Positions 37,192-47,285 of a DNA stretch of 64,000 nt are shown in pieces. The DNA is from an uncultured Alphaproteobacteria bacterium (GTDB lineage: Bacteria; Pseudomonadota; Alphaproteobacteria; RF32; CAG-239). The stretch spans positions 14,888 through 78,887 of the forward strand of contig CALXTD010000001.1 of the NCBI GenBank assembly GCA_944391315.1, given 5' to 3'. Position numbers and translations under genes: made by a program. The notes below the pieces were generated by a model. It searched no databases. It was not told the DNA's origin and was given only the letters and a program-made list of their open reading frames with translations. Positions within the stretch are counted from its first letter, which is position 1. Each line of letters opens with the position of its first letter.

Positions 37192-38550
37192 ATGCATGTT
37201 AAATTTCCTAAAGCCGTCGATAGCTCGTTGCGCTATTTGAAGCTTAAATTTTTGCCAAAGACACTGTTCTTTCGCACTATGTTATTAATCTTTATTCCGC
37301 TGATTGTGGTTCAGGTTGTTTCGATTGTAGCATTTTTTAACGGAAACTGGTCTCGTATGGGGCGGAAGTTGTCTGAAAATTTGACCTCAGATATTGCTAC
37401 GGTTATTGATTATAGCCAAGGGAATGCAAAAAAATTGGCACAGATTTCGTCATTAACTGAAAAGAATATGAATTTGAATGTTACTTTCTATGATAATGAT
37501 AAAAAACACCAGTTTATGCACAAGGCGACTAAAGACAATAAGCTGATTACCGGATTTTTGGAGGAATCGTTAAAAGAAAGATTTCCTGATTATGATACGG
37601 TTGTTTATATGACAGACAAGCGCGAAGTCTTGTGGATTTTGGTTGATACGCCTCAAGGACTTTATCGCTTTGACACTTCTTCGAAAAATATTTTTACCAG
37701 TGCGGTATTTGGATTTGTGGCTTGGATGGTCGGAACATCTTTACTACTGTTTTTGGTAGCGGTTATGTTCTTGAGAATACAGGTTCGTTCTATTGCTGAT
37801 TTGGCTCATTTCTCTGAAGATTTTGGTAAAGGAATCGATAATAAAGACTTTAAGCCTTATGGTTCTTCCGAAGTGCGCAAGGCTGGTCTTGCTTTTATTA
37901 AAATGAAGGAACGTATTCAGCGTCAGATAAGTGAACGCACGCAGATGTTGGCCGGTGTTTCTCATGATTTGCGCACGCCTTTGACCCGCATGCGTTTGCA
38001 GGCTGAAATGATGCCTAAAGGGCAGGACAGAGATGACTTGATGCAAGATATTTCTGAAATGGAAAAGATGCTCGATGGTTATTTGGATTTTGTTAGCGGA
38101 GAAGCCGGAGAAAAATCAACCTTTGTGGATATGAATGAGTTGATTTTGAGTATCCTCAATAAGTTCCGTAACAAAAATGCGCTTATTCGCTATGCGACAA
38201 ATGATCAGGTCAGCGCTATTCAAGGGCGTGAGCAAGGCTTAAAACGTGCTTTGACTAATATTATTTCTAATGCTTTTAATTATGGTAAGACCGTTGCCGT
38301 TAAGCTTGAAAGTAATAATCACCGTATGGAGATTACGGTTGATGATGATGGTCCGGGGATTCCGGAAGATAAGCGTGATGATGTCTTCAAAGCTTTTTAC
38401 AGAGTTGAAGGCTCTCGCAATAAAGAAACCGGTGGTGTCGGTTTAGGGTTGTCCATTGCCAAAGATGTTATCAGCTCTCATGGTGGTACAATTACTTTGG
38501 GCGATAGTGATATGGGAGGCTTGAGGGTACTCATTAGTATTCCCTTATAG
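37192..38550 (+). CDS. Sensor histidine kinase (ChvG/EnvZ-like)
   Basis: Two TM helices, HAMP domain, H-box SHDLRTPLTRM, N/G boxes (NAFNYG, DDGPGIP, GGVGLGLSI). Confidence 0.85.
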   Translation: MHVKFPKAVDSSLRYLKLKFLPKTLFFRTMLLIFIPLIVVQVVSIVAFFNGNWSRMGRKLSENLTSDIATVIDYSQGNAKKLAQISSLTEKNMNLNVTFYDNDKKHQFMHKATKDNKLITGFLEESLKERFPDYDTVVYMTDKREVLWILVDTPQGLYRFDTSSKNIFTSAVFGFVAWMVGTSLLLFLVAVMFLRIQVRSIADLAHFSEDFGKGIDNKDFKPYGSSEVRKAGLAFIKMKERIQRQISERTQMLAGVSHDLRTPLTRMRLQAEMMPKGQDRDDLMQDISEMEKMLDGYLDFVSGEAGEKSTFVDMNELILSILNKFRNKNALIRYATNDQVSAIQGREQGLKRALTNIISNAFNYGKTVAVKLESNNHRMEITVDDDGPGIPEDKRDDVFKAFYRVEGSRNKETGGVGLGLSIAKDVISSHGGTITLGDSDMGGLRVLISIPL

Positions 38551-38654
38551 CAAACCGTTCCGCTATTTCTTTAGCTGAAAAAATTCCCCGTCAATTATTT
38601 TTTTTGACGGGGTTTTCTTTTGTTAAAGGCATATTAATATTATGTTGTTATATT

Positions 38655-40244
38655 ATGAAAAAAGTTTTGTTGAGAGTGCTTATGGCTGATACTGAAATAA
38701 ATGATTCTACTGACTTGTCCGTTGCTGATATGATGGGGCAAGTTGAACCGGCAGCAGTGAGTGATTTTGAGGCGGGGAAAGTTGAGCTTTCTGTTCCGCG
38801 TAAATATATTCCGGTTAAAAAAGAGCCTAAAAAACAGCCTGAGGCAAAGCCAAAACCGCCGTTAGGAAAAGCTGTTCCGGTTTTTCGGACAGAAACTTAT
38901 GTTGATGATGACGGGATTGAGCATATGATGCCGCCAAGCTATGATAAGTCAAAAATGAATCTTCCTCAGGCAAAATTTAAACGTCCGGAAAATATGTCTA
39001 TGATTAGAGACGATGAGGTAGTGTCAGAACAAATTCGACAAGAAGAGGCTCAAAAGGCAGCGCAAGAAGAGACACCTGATTTTATTCGGGAGTGGCAAAA
39101 TTCTTCGTCTGATGCCGATAGCGAAGTTAATGATATTTTAGATGATGACGGTGTTGTTGATTTAGCTATCGAAGGAGAAGATGAGGAACCAGATGTTTCT
39201 GAAAAAACAGAGAATAGTCTGATTAAGCCCGAAGATGATATCCTTGTAAGCGGTGTTGATGAGAGTGATAATCAATCTGAGCTTTTGAGTGCGGAAGAAG
39301 ATGCTGAATTTGATATGGATCAGATTAATAAACTGTTGGCAGAGCAGGCAGAAGCTGAACCTAAAGATGAAGTTTTGGATTTAAATATTGATGATTTGTT
39401 GGGAGACGGTGAGCAGAGGGCGGAAGTAGAAGAGCAACATGTTATTCCAAAGTTTGAAATAGATGATGTGGAAAGCGAGACGTCTCCGGCGTCATTGCCC
39501 ATGCTTGAAGTTGAGCCGGTTAAAGAGATTACGGAAGAAAAAATACCGACCATAGAAGCTGAACCGGTTGAAGAAGTTACATCGGAAGTGATGCCGATTA
39601 TAGAACCTGAACCGGCTGTAGAGGCTGAACCTATTACAGAAGCTGCGCCGAGTGTGACGGAAGATGTTTCTCTCCCAGAGCCGGAAGAGATTGTTGAGGC
39701 GCCTGAACCGATCATAGAAGCCGAACCAATTAAAGAGGTTGTTGCGGAAGAGGCTATAATTGATGAGGCTAAACCTGAAGAAATGCCTTCAGTTGAAGCT
39801 AAAAATGAAGAGCCAAGGACTATTGAGCTTGAGCCAGCAGTGGCTTCTGCTTTAGTTGAAAAAATTGAAGATGTTCCGTCGGTTGAGGATAGCTCTTCTC
39901 CTCAACAACAATTGGAAGAGGCATCTCTTTTTGTTCGGCAATATAGCGGTCATCTTGATGATTCTTACTTTGTGGTTTCTGCTAAAAATCTTCCTGAGGA
40001 ATTTGTTGGCGCTCCTTCGCAAAACAGCATACAAATTAATGTCGGAACATCAGATTATGGTTGGAGTGTTTTGTTTGCCAACGGAATCTTGATGGGGATT
40101 TCTGATGTTAGAATGTTTCAGTTGAAATATGGTAAACTTCCGGCAACGGGAGGAACGCTAATGTATGGAACTAAAAAAATGAAGTTCTCCGAAGTGGAGA
40201 GAATCGTTCTTTATCAAAGTCCTCAGTATTTTTCTTATGTGTAA
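38655..40244 (+). CDS. Acidic low-complexity protein with EAEP/EPxxE repeats and a conserved-looking C-terminal domain; start uncertain
   Basis: Long ORF; the repeat block EAEPVEEVTSEVMPIIEPEPAVEAEPITEA; function unknown. Confidence 0.5.
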   Translation: MKKVLLRVLMADTEINDSTDLSVADMMGQVEPAAVSDFEAGKVELSVPRKYIPVKKEPKKQPEAKPKPPLGKAVPVFRTETYVDDDGIEHMMPPSYDKSKMNLPQAKFKRPENMSMIRDDEVVSEQIRQEEAQKAAQEETPDFIREWQNSSSDADSEVNDILDDDGVVDLAIEGEDEEPDVSEKTENSLIKPEDDILVSGVDESDNQSELLSAEEDAEFDMDQINKLLAEQAEAEPKDEVLDLNIDDLLGDGEQRAEVEEQHVIPKFEIDDVESETSPASLPMLEVEPVKEITEEKIPTIEAEPVEEVTSEVMPIIEPEPAVEAEPITEAAPSVTEDVSLPEPEEIVEAPEPIIEAEPIKEVVAEEAIIDEAKPEEMPSVEAKNEEPRTIELEPAVASALVEKIEDVPSVEDSSSPQQQLEEASLFVRQYSGHLDDSYFVVSAKNLPEEFVGAPSQNSIQINVGTSDYGWSVLFANGILMGISDVRMFQLKYGKLPATGGTLMYGTKKMKFSEVERIVLYQSPQYFSYV

Positions 40245-40246
40245 AA

Positions 40247-40280
40247 GAAAAGCTCTGTTTTTTCAAACAGAGCTTTTTAA
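40247..40280. terminator. Bidirectional intrinsic terminator
   Basis: aaagctctgttt / aaacagagcttt stem with flanking A- and T-runs. Confidence 0.55.
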
Positions 40281-40283
40281 TTG

Positions 40284-41123
40284 TTATCTATTTATTGGAA
40301 AAATCTGAACATTTGAATTTACCAGACTATTGTCTACCGGAACTTCTTGTTCGAGGAGCTCTTCGGCTTTGGTCTTCATATGTGCTGTTTTAGTGTTTGT
40401 TCTCAAGCTTGGAGCTAAAGGATAAGCATCTTTGGGCAGGCGCAAAAGCATGTAGCCGGTGCCGCCGCCATAAGTCGGGCCAGACAAGCCGATTGAGTAA
40501 TAGCCGCCGATATAGCCATAGTCTAAGTCAATGTAATCAATCGAGAAAACAGTTTTGATTGAGGTTTGGCCGATGGCGTTCATTTGGCACATATATCCGG
40601 AATCTTCCATGATGATGTTTGAAACACTTTTGGCAAATAAAATCGTTTTGGCGGCTAAGCAATCCGGTGTTTGACCATTGAAGCTGACGTCATAGTTCAA
40701 CACCAAATTTATTTGTTGATTGCCGCGGGCAACGGTTACGTCAGTCAGTTTTACCGAATCAACATAGAAATAAGCCTGAGTTATGCCGCTTTTTATCGGA
40801 AGTTGAATGTAGTTTTCAAGGCAGACGTGACTGCTGGGATCCGCCTCGCAAATCAGTGCGGTTTTACGGCTGTTGTTTTGCAGCAGGTGAAGCAGGCTAT
40901 TGTGAATATATTCGCGGCTCATGGATAGTTCGGCCGGTGCGCATTGTTTGCTGCGGCACACAACAACAGAGCTTGGTTGGCGCAATCTTGAGTTTTCTAC
41001 AACAGTTTGCTCGTTTAACGGGTTAGATACGAATTCTTTGAAATTCATCGTCCGCAAGTAGCAACCGCTTAGCATTAAGCATAATGCAGATAAAATTATC
41101 TTCTGACGAATCTGTCCGGACAC
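40284..41123 (-). CDS. Hypothetical lipoprotein
   Basis: Lipobox LMLSGCYL; 279 aa. Confidence 0.6.
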   Translation of the reverse strand: MSGQIRQKIILSALCLMLSGCYLRTMNFKEFVSNPLNEQTVVENSRLRQPSSVVVCRSKQCAPAELSMSREYIHNSLLHLLQNNSRKTALICEADPSSHVCLENYIQLPIKSGITQAYFYVDSVKLTDVTVARGNQQINLVLNYDVSFNGQTPDCLAAKTILFAKSVSNIIMEDSGYMCQMNAIGQTSIKTVFSIDYIDLDYGYIGGYYSIGLSGPTYGGGTGYMLLRLPKDAYPLAPSLRTNTKTAHMKTKAEELLEQEVPVDNSLVNSNVQIFPINR

Positions 41124-41251
41124 GATTGTATATTCCTTATAATATCAGCTTGAAAAAGTTTATAAACTGTTGTTATCATAAGACATAGTTTTTCAAACAA
41201 CAAAGTTTTTTTTGCGGTTATTAAACGGATTTTTATTTTTGGGTCTGAGAA

Positions 41252-41734
41252 GTGAAGTTTATTTTTTATTTTATGTTTGCGTTTTTGGGGTTAGGTTTAC
41301 CTTCTTTGGCGGCAAAGAATGCTGGTTATGTAAAAGTTATTGACGGCGACAGCTTGATGGTTGGCACAACAGAAGTTCGCCTTGAAGGAATTGATGCACC
41401 GGAATATAAGCAAAAGTGTTTTGATGCTAAGGGAAAAGAATATGCCTGCGGGATAAAAGCTCTTGAATATCTCAAAAAGCTGATAGCGCAAGGTAAAGTT
41501 GACTGCAAAAAAATTACGATTGATCGTTATCATCGACAAGTTTCTGTGTGCTATGTTAATGGAGAGGATATTAACCGCGCTATGGTCGCTGCCGGTTGGG
41601 CCGTGGCTTATGATCGTTATGATGATTCTTATATCGGAGATGAAAAAGCTGCTAAAAAGGCAGAGCGCGGAATTTGGCAGGGCAAGTTTATGAAGCCGGA
41701 AATTTGGCGCGCGTTGCACCGCCGACGGAACTGA
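41252..41734 (+). CDS. Secreted thermonuclease (SNase/micrococcal-nuclease-like)
   Basis: Signal peptide; VIDGDSL ... RLEGIDAPE ... AVAYDRY ... AERGIWQG matches the SNase fold motifs. Confidence 0.8.
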   Translation: MKFIFYFMFAFLGLGLPSLAAKNAGYVKVIDGDSLMVGTTEVRLEGIDAPEYKQKCFDAKGKEYACGIKALEYLKKLIAQGKVDCKKITIDRYHRQVSVCYVNGEDINRAMVAAGWAVAYDRYDDSYIGDEKAAKKAERGIWQGKFMKPEIWRALHRRRN

Positions 41735-41923
41735 TTAGACATAAGAATAACTATTTGAATCTCCAAAAAAAACTTAAACTAGAATCGTAAAATATCACTC
41801 TATCTTATTGTATTTGTTAAATTTTTTGCCAAAAATTCAAATACCTGTTGCAAGTAAATCGAATCTATGTTACAGTAGAATCGTGAAGACATGTGTAAGT
41901 TGCGATAAGCAAGAGGTGGTATT

Positions 41924-43636
41924 ATGGTGAAGAATATGATTATAGGGACAACTGTGTTCGGATTAGGCCTTATGACGAACACGGCATTAGGTGCAACTTT
42001 AAGTACCGGAACCTTACTTTACCATAGCACGCCAATCGGCTCTAGCCTGTTTACAAATCTACATTCTACACACACACAACTTGTAAAACAGCATGTGTCT
42101 TCACTTTCTGTGAGCAAAGATATTTCAAAAAATAAAGAATATAAGACAGCAGCGGTATGTTTTATTTCCGACACGGCGGCGTGCAGTGATAATCAGTTTG
42201 GTGGCTCAGGAGATTCTGACTTTGAATTTAGCAATAAAGAACGCTGCTTTAATGAAGGCTTTACGGTCACAGATTGTCCGGACGGATATAAACCGGGAGG
42301 AAAGAAGTGTCCATATGGTCCGTATTACAGCGAATGTGTTTCGGCTTGTCCGACGGATTATGTGACTTGTGAAGAACCATATGTCGGTGTGGGGGAAGCT
42401 TGCGGCGGTAAATATGCGTCATGTACTTGTACGCCTTGCGGAGAAGGTTTTGATTATACCGAAATTCCCGAAGGTTATGAACAAGTCGGTGAGGCTTGTT
42501 TGGACTGTGACGGACAAACAAAATATAAAGTTACACCGGCAGCCTGTGAAGGCTTCCTGCAATGCGGAGATTTAGGGCCGATTTTTGGAACGGAGACTTG
42601 CTTGTCGGGTACGACGACACTTTATAAAGAATGTAAAACCTGTCCGAATATCGGAAAATATTCATCTTCTTCACCCGAATGTTCGGCGCCGTTTACCTGT
42701 AGTTATGAAGATTGCTCGGGAAAATATTATCAGAGCGGTTGTGTAGAGGGCTTTACCTGGGATGAAACGGCCAAGACTTGTACTTGTGATGGTGTGGATT
42801 GGTGTGCGATAACACCGAGCTGCACGGATTTGGGCTATAAGCAACAAACCTGTAACGGTCCGGCGCTCAAATGTCCGTTCAATGTCGATTATTCATTCTG
42901 CACCGGAGAATGTAGCCCGCTGTTTAAAAATACTTGTAAAGGCACCGGCTACGCCGGTGGCGCAGGCTCTGCCTGCGGTGGCAAATATGCTTCTTGCGAA
43001 TGCGCTGAGGGATATAAATGGGAAAATGGTCAATGTAAGGCAGAAGCGATATGGGGACAGTGCAGTGGCTATGCTGCACAGTGTTCACTTGGGGATATCT
43101 TATTCAGCGACGGAACTTGCAGCGCGAATACGGTATCGGGTAAAACACCGATAGCGGTTGTGGTCTATAAATCGGGCAACTGCGGACAAGCGATGGCGTT
43201 AAAGTCGATAGGCAACTATGAGTGGGGTGGGTATGGTACAGATATCTCGACATTACCGAACTATACATCAAACTCAGCAGCCTCAAAAGACTATGCAAGT
43301 TGTGAGAATAGTAAAAAGATAAGAGCACAGGGAAATAGCAGTACCTATCCGGCAGTATGGGCAGCATATAACTATACAACAACAGGAACAAAGGTCGGAG
43401 ATTGGTGCTTGCCGGCGGCAGGAATATTTACCTCATATTATAACAATCAAAGCGTTATCAATACGGGATTCAGCCGAGCGGGTGGAACACAATTCACAAT
43501 CAGCACCTACGCTTGGTCGTCGTCCGAGTACACTGACTACTACGCGTGGGGCTCACACTTTGTCCACAGTTACGGTTTGACCGGCGGCACCAATAAGGAC
43601 CGCAGCAGCGAGGTCCGCCCCGTCCTCGAGTTTTAG
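41924..43636 (+). CDS. Secreted fusion protein: Cys-rich N-terminal region plus C-terminal DUF1566 (Lcl-C-terminal-like) domain
   Basis: RBS gaggtgg; Cys-rich half collinear with 30304-31113; C-terminal GDWCLPAAGIF ... YAWSSSE ... EVRPVLEF. Confidence 0.75.
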   Translation: MVKNMIIGTTVFGLGLMTNTALGATLSTGTLLYHSTPIGSSLFTNLHSTHTQLVKQHVSSLSVSKDISKNKEYKTAAVCFISDTAACSDNQFGGSGDSDFEFSNKERCFNEGFTVTDCPDGYKPGGKKCPYGPYYSECVSACPTDYVTCEEPYVGVGEACGGKYASCTCTPCGEGFDYTEIPEGYEQVGEACLDCDGQTKYKVTPAACEGFLQCGDLGPIFGTETCLSGTTTLYKECKTCPNIGKYSSSSPECSAPFTCSYEDCSGKYYQSGCVEGFTWDETAKTCTCDGVDWCAITPSCTDLGYKQQTCNGPALKCPFNVDYSFCTGECSPLFKNTCKGTGYAGGAGSACGGKYASCECAEGYKWENGQCKAEAIWGQCSGYAAQCSLGDILFSDGTCSANTVSGKTPIAVVVYKSGNCGQAMALKSIGNYEWGGYGTDISTLPNYTSNSAASKDYASCENSKKIRAQGNSSTYPAVWAAYNYTTTGTKVGDWCLPAAGIFTSYYNNQSVINTGFSRAGGTQFTISTYAWSSSEYTDYYAWGSHFVHSYGLTGGTNKDRSSEVRPVLEF

Positions 43637-43660
43637 GGCAGAGATGAGATAAGGAGAAAG

Positions 43661-45181
43661 ATGATGATGAACAGGAAAAGTTTGATGATTTCGACGATGC
43701 TTATGTCTGCTATGGGTGTCAGTGGTGTTGTCGGGAATGTGTGGGCGGCAGATGTTCAATGCTTGAAAACGCCGAGTTGCGAAGAGCTGGGTTATACCGA
43801 AGTTGCGTGTTTTCAGAATAACGGCGTGAAATGTCCGTATGGCGATAAATATTTTTGCGTCTGCCCGACGAATTATAAATTTACCTGTACCGGAGAAAAT
43901 CAAACCGGCGGTGTGGGTGATAATTGCGACGGGAAATATGCGTCTTGCTCTTGTTCTAGCGGCTTGATGTGGGGTGACGGTGCTTGTGTTGAACACTGTC
44001 CAGTTGGTTCGATTTTGTTTGATGACTTCACTTGCAGTGATGATGTTGCCTCCGGCAAGACTCCTATCGGTGTCGTGGTTTATAAAGACGGTAAAGGCGC
44101 CGGTCAGGCTTTGGCGCTGAATTGGGTGGAAAATAAAACAAGCTACTATTGGTCTACGGAAAATATTGATATTACTTCTTTAACTAACTATGCAACAGCA
44201 GACAAGGCATCTCAAGACTTTTTCAGCTGTTCAAATAGTCAAAAAATCATGGCACAAGGAAATTCTACAAAATATCCAGCGGTATGGGCGGCTTATAATT
44301 ATACAACGACAGGAACAAGTGTAGGTCAATGGTGTTTGCCATCAGCCGGTATCATAACGGAATATTACAATAATCAAGACATAATAAATACTGCGTTTAG
44401 CCGCGCTAATGGTGCCGCTTTTACTAATACGACTTACACGTGGTCTTCCACAGAAGCTATGAGTAATAAGGCTTGGCTATCTTCTTTTGGTGCCAATTAT
44501 GGTTTGACCTATGGTTCCATGGAAAAAGATTATGGTCGTCATGTCCGCCCGGTGGTTGGGTTCTGTAATGATGCGGAGAATTATGTTTATGACCAAGCGA
44601 CGGATAGTTGTGTGAAAGATAATATTTGTCGTTTGGGAAGTATTTTCTATTCTGATATGACTTGCTCGATGCGGCTTAAAGACGGCAAAACGCCTATAGG
44701 CGTTGTGGTCTATGTAGATGAAAACGGCGCAAACGCTCAAGTTATGGCGTTAAAGTCGATAGGCAGCTATGAGTGGGGCGGCTATGGTACGGACTCGGGC
44801 TTGACGAACTATACATCAGCCTCAGCAGCCTCACAAGACTATGCAAGTTGTGAGAATAGTAAAAAGATAAGAGCACAGGGAAATAGCAGTACCTATCCGG
44901 CAGTATGGGCAGCATATAACTATACAACAACAGGAACAAAGGCTGGAGATTGGTGCTTACCGGCAGCAGGAATATTTACCTCAATCTACAATAATCAAAG
45001 CACCATAAACACGGGATTCAGCCGAGCGGGTGGGACACAATTCACATCGAGTACCTACGCTTGGTCGTCGTCCGAGTACAGTAGTAACGACGCGTGGCGC
45101 TCCTACTTCTACTCCAGTTACGGTTTGTACGGCAGCTATAAGCGCTACGACTTCGAGGTCCGCCCCGTCCTCGCTTTTTAG
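43661..45181 (+). CDS. Secreted protein with two DUF1566-like domains (start may be the 2nd or 3rd ATG of MMMNRK)
   Basis: Signal peptide MMNRKSLMISTMLMSA is identical to that of the next gene; two copies of the W-x-LP / WSS / VRPV core. Confidence 0.75.
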   Translation: MMMNRKSLMISTMLMSAMGVSGVVGNVWAADVQCLKTPSCEELGYTEVACFQNNGVKCPYGDKYFCVCPTNYKFTCTGENQTGGVGDNCDGKYASCSCSSGLMWGDGACVEHCPVGSILFDDFTCSDDVASGKTPIGVVVYKDGKGAGQALALNWVENKTSYYWSTENIDITSLTNYATADKASQDFFSCSNSQKIMAQGNSTKYPAVWAAYNYTTTGTSVGQWCLPSAGIITEYYNNQDIINTAFSRANGAAFTNTTYTWSSTEAMSNKAWLSSFGANYGLTYGSMEKDYGRHVRPVVGFCNDAENYVYDQATDSCVKDNICRLGSIFYSDMTCSMRLKDGKTPIGVVVYVDENGANAQVMALKSIGSYEWGGYGTDSGLTNYTSASAASQDYASCENSKKIRAQGNSSTYPAVWAAYNYTTTGTKAGDWCLPAAGIFTSIYNNQSTINTGFSRAGGTQFTSSTYAWSSSEYSSNDAWRSYFYSSYGLYGSYKRYDFEVRPVLAF

Positions 45182-45208
45182 GGCAGAGATGAGATAAGGA
45201 GAAGTAAG

Positions 45209-46129
45209 ATGATGAACAGGAAAAGTTTGATGATTTCGACGATGCTTATGTCTGCGGTCGGCGTTGGTGTCGGAAATGTTTGGGCGCAATGTGCGACCGA
45301 GGACTGTGCAGCGCTGGGTTATACTGAGGCGTATAATTCCAGCGGAAATTGCTTGAAATGTCCGTTTGGGGAAGCGTATAACTGTGAAGCCGGTTACATC
45401 TGCCCTGAAGGATATAATTATACATGTTCCGGTACCGGCTATTCCGGCGGCGTTGGAGAAGCCTGCAACGGGAAATATGCTGAATGTGCCTGCAAAGAAG
45501 GGTATAAGTTAGTGGATGGAGAATGTATTAAGCCAGCAGAATTTGGACAGTGCAGTGGCTATGCGGCACAATGTTCACTTGGTGATATCTTGTTCAGTGA
45601 CGGCACGTGTAGCGCGAATAAGGTATCAGGCAAAACGCCGATAGCGGTCGTGGTTTATAAATCCGGTAGCTGTGGACAGGCACTAGCGCTGAATTCGATA
45701 GGCAACTATGAGTGGTCAACGGAACATGTCGATATCTCGACATTACCGAACTTATCGCACTCTCAAGCCTTACAAGACTTTGCAAGTTGTGAGAATAGTA
45801 AAAAAATAATGGCAGCGGGAAATAAGAGCAAGTATCCTGCGGTATGGGCAGCCTATAACTATACGACAACAGGAACGAAGGTCGGAGATTGGTGCTTGCC
45901 GGCGGCAGGAATATTTACCTCATATTTTAATAACAAAACGGCAATAAATTTAGGATTTGAGAAGGCCGGTGGGACTACATTCACAACCAGCACTGAAGCT
46001 TGGTCGTCGTCCGAGGACAATAACGGCAACGCGTGGTACTCAGGCTTTAACTACGGTTACGGTTTGGACTACAACCGCTACTACAGTAAGCTCTACAGCC
46101 TCAAGGTCCGCCCCGTCCTCGCTTTTTAG
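45209..46129 (+). CDS. Secreted Cys-rich protein with one DUF1566-like domain
   Basis: Same RBS and signal-peptide block as at 43661; C-terminal KVRPVLAF. Confidence 0.75.
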   Translation: MMNRKSLMISTMLMSAVGVGVGNVWAQCATEDCAALGYTEAYNSSGNCLKCPFGEAYNCEAGYICPEGYNYTCSGTGYSGGVGEACNGKYAECACKEGYKLVDGECIKPAEFGQCSGYAAQCSLGDILFSDGTCSANKVSGKTPIAVVVYKSGSCGQALALNSIGNYEWSTEHVDISTLPNLSHSQALQDFASCENSKKIMAAGNKSKYPAVWAAYNYTTTGTKVGDWCLPAAGIFTSYFNNKTAINLGFEKAGGTTFTTSTEAWSSSEDNNGNAWYSGFNYGYGLDYNRYYSKLYSLKVRPVLAF

Positions 46130-46202
46130 GTTTTATCTTGAGAACAAAAAAATTCCCCGTTCGGTTCGCCGTGTGGGGAAGTTTTTTTTGAGTTGTGCAA
46201 AA

Positions 46203-47285
46203 TTATTTGATTTCGCCGATGTACATTCCCAAAGCCTGAGCAGCTTTGACGCAATCGCTGTGGGTGTCAAGCAGGGTCGTGCCTTTTTTGACAACTTCTT
46301 CAATGCTGACTGCTTGAACATGGCCGTCTTTCCAGATAACCATTTTGTTGGTTTCATCATTAGCCAGCAATTCAATCGCCTTCGCACCGAAAATGGCGGC
46401 CAAATAGCGGTCAAACATGCTCGGTGTGCCGGAACGCTGAATGTGTCCCAAGGTGGTGACGCGGGTCTGGAAGTCTTTGTAACGAATGTTAATCTCAGAA
46501 GACAAATATTGTCCGACACCGCCATAAACAGCCTCGCCAATCATGTTTTTAGCGGCTGAAATATGCTCGCCGTCCTCGGTCTTGATGCCTTCGGACACAA
46601 CAATTACGGCGTGATTGCGGCCGGAAGCCTTAATTTCTTTCAACTTCTTGATAATATTATCAATTTTATAAGGAATCTCCGGTATTAAGCAGACATCTGC
46701 TTGTCCGGCCAAAGCTGACTGCATGGCCAAATGTCCGGCGTCACGTCCCATAACTTCACAAATAAGAGCGCGTTGGTGTGAACGAGCAGTTAACTCTAAG
46801 CTGTCAATCGCGGTGGTGCAAACCTGACAAGCTGAGTTGAAACCAACCGAAAATTCAGTAATTGGGGTGTCATTATCAATGGTTTTCGGAATGCCGATCA
46901 TTTTGATTCCGGCGCCTTTGCAATAATTGCCGGTGATGTTCATGCTGCCGTCGCCGCCGACAACAATTACGGCGTCAAGCCCTAATTCTCTGACGCCTTC
47001 ACCAAAGCGGCGAGACATCTCGCTCAGGGCTTCCATCTTGACGCCCTTGTTTAATGAGCCGAGGTAAGAACCGCTTAATCTGGGCCATGGAGTGTCTGAA
47101 AAATTTTGTATCGTTAATTCTTCATAGGACAATGGTTTTTCGGTCAAGCCTTCTGTTCCGTTATGAATGCCGAAAACCTTCCACCCTTTTTGGCTGGCGC
47201 CGTTGACAACCGCGCGTATGACGGCATTTAAGCCGGCGCAATCTCCGCCGCTGGTTAAAATTCCTATCCTCTTTTCATTAGTCAT
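46203..47285 (-). CDS. pfkA: 6-phosphofructokinase (PfkA family; PPi-dependent type is an inference)
   Basis: GILTSGGDCAGLNAVIRAVV, GGDGS, MGR motifs. Confidence 0.9.
   Translation of the reverse strand: MTNEKRIGILTSGGDCAGLNAVIRAVVNGASQKGWKVFGIHNGTEGLTEKPLSYEELTIQNFSDTPWPRLSGSYLGSLNKGVKMEALSEMSRRFGEGVRELGLDAVIVVGGDGSMNITGNYCKGAGIKMIGIPKTIDNDTPITEFSVGFNSACQVCTTAIDSLELTARSHQRALICEVMGRDAGHLAMQSALAGQADVCLIPEIPYKIDNIIKKLKEIKASGRNHAVIVVSEGIKTEDGEHISAAKNMIGEAVYGGVGQYLSSEINIRYKDFQTRVTTLGHIQRSGTPSMFDRYLAAIFGAKAIELLANDETNKMVIWKDGHVQAVSIEEVVKKGTTLLDTHSDCVKAAQALGMYIGEIK

Noticed and set aside
39320-39715. 131-aa Ser/Gly-rich minus-strand ORF
   Set aside because: Reverse-complement reading of the Glu/Pro/Ala repeat region of the acidic protein; a periodic-repeat artefact.
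43553-43996. 147-aa minus-strand ORF spanning the junction of two DUF1566 genes
   Set aside because: Antisense to two well-supported secreted-protein genes, and it spans their intergenic RBS.
41924-46129. Possible CRISPR-like array because of repeated near-identical blocks
   Set aside because: The repeats are ~270 bp and ~100 bp coding-sequence duplications with a period of ~1.5 kb, not 25-40-bp repeats with unique spacers. No cas genes are present.
45957-46559. Overlapping plus/minus ORFs (200 aa and 135 aa) across the pfk 3' region
   Set aside because: Both overlap the well-supported pfkA reading frame; no independent signals.
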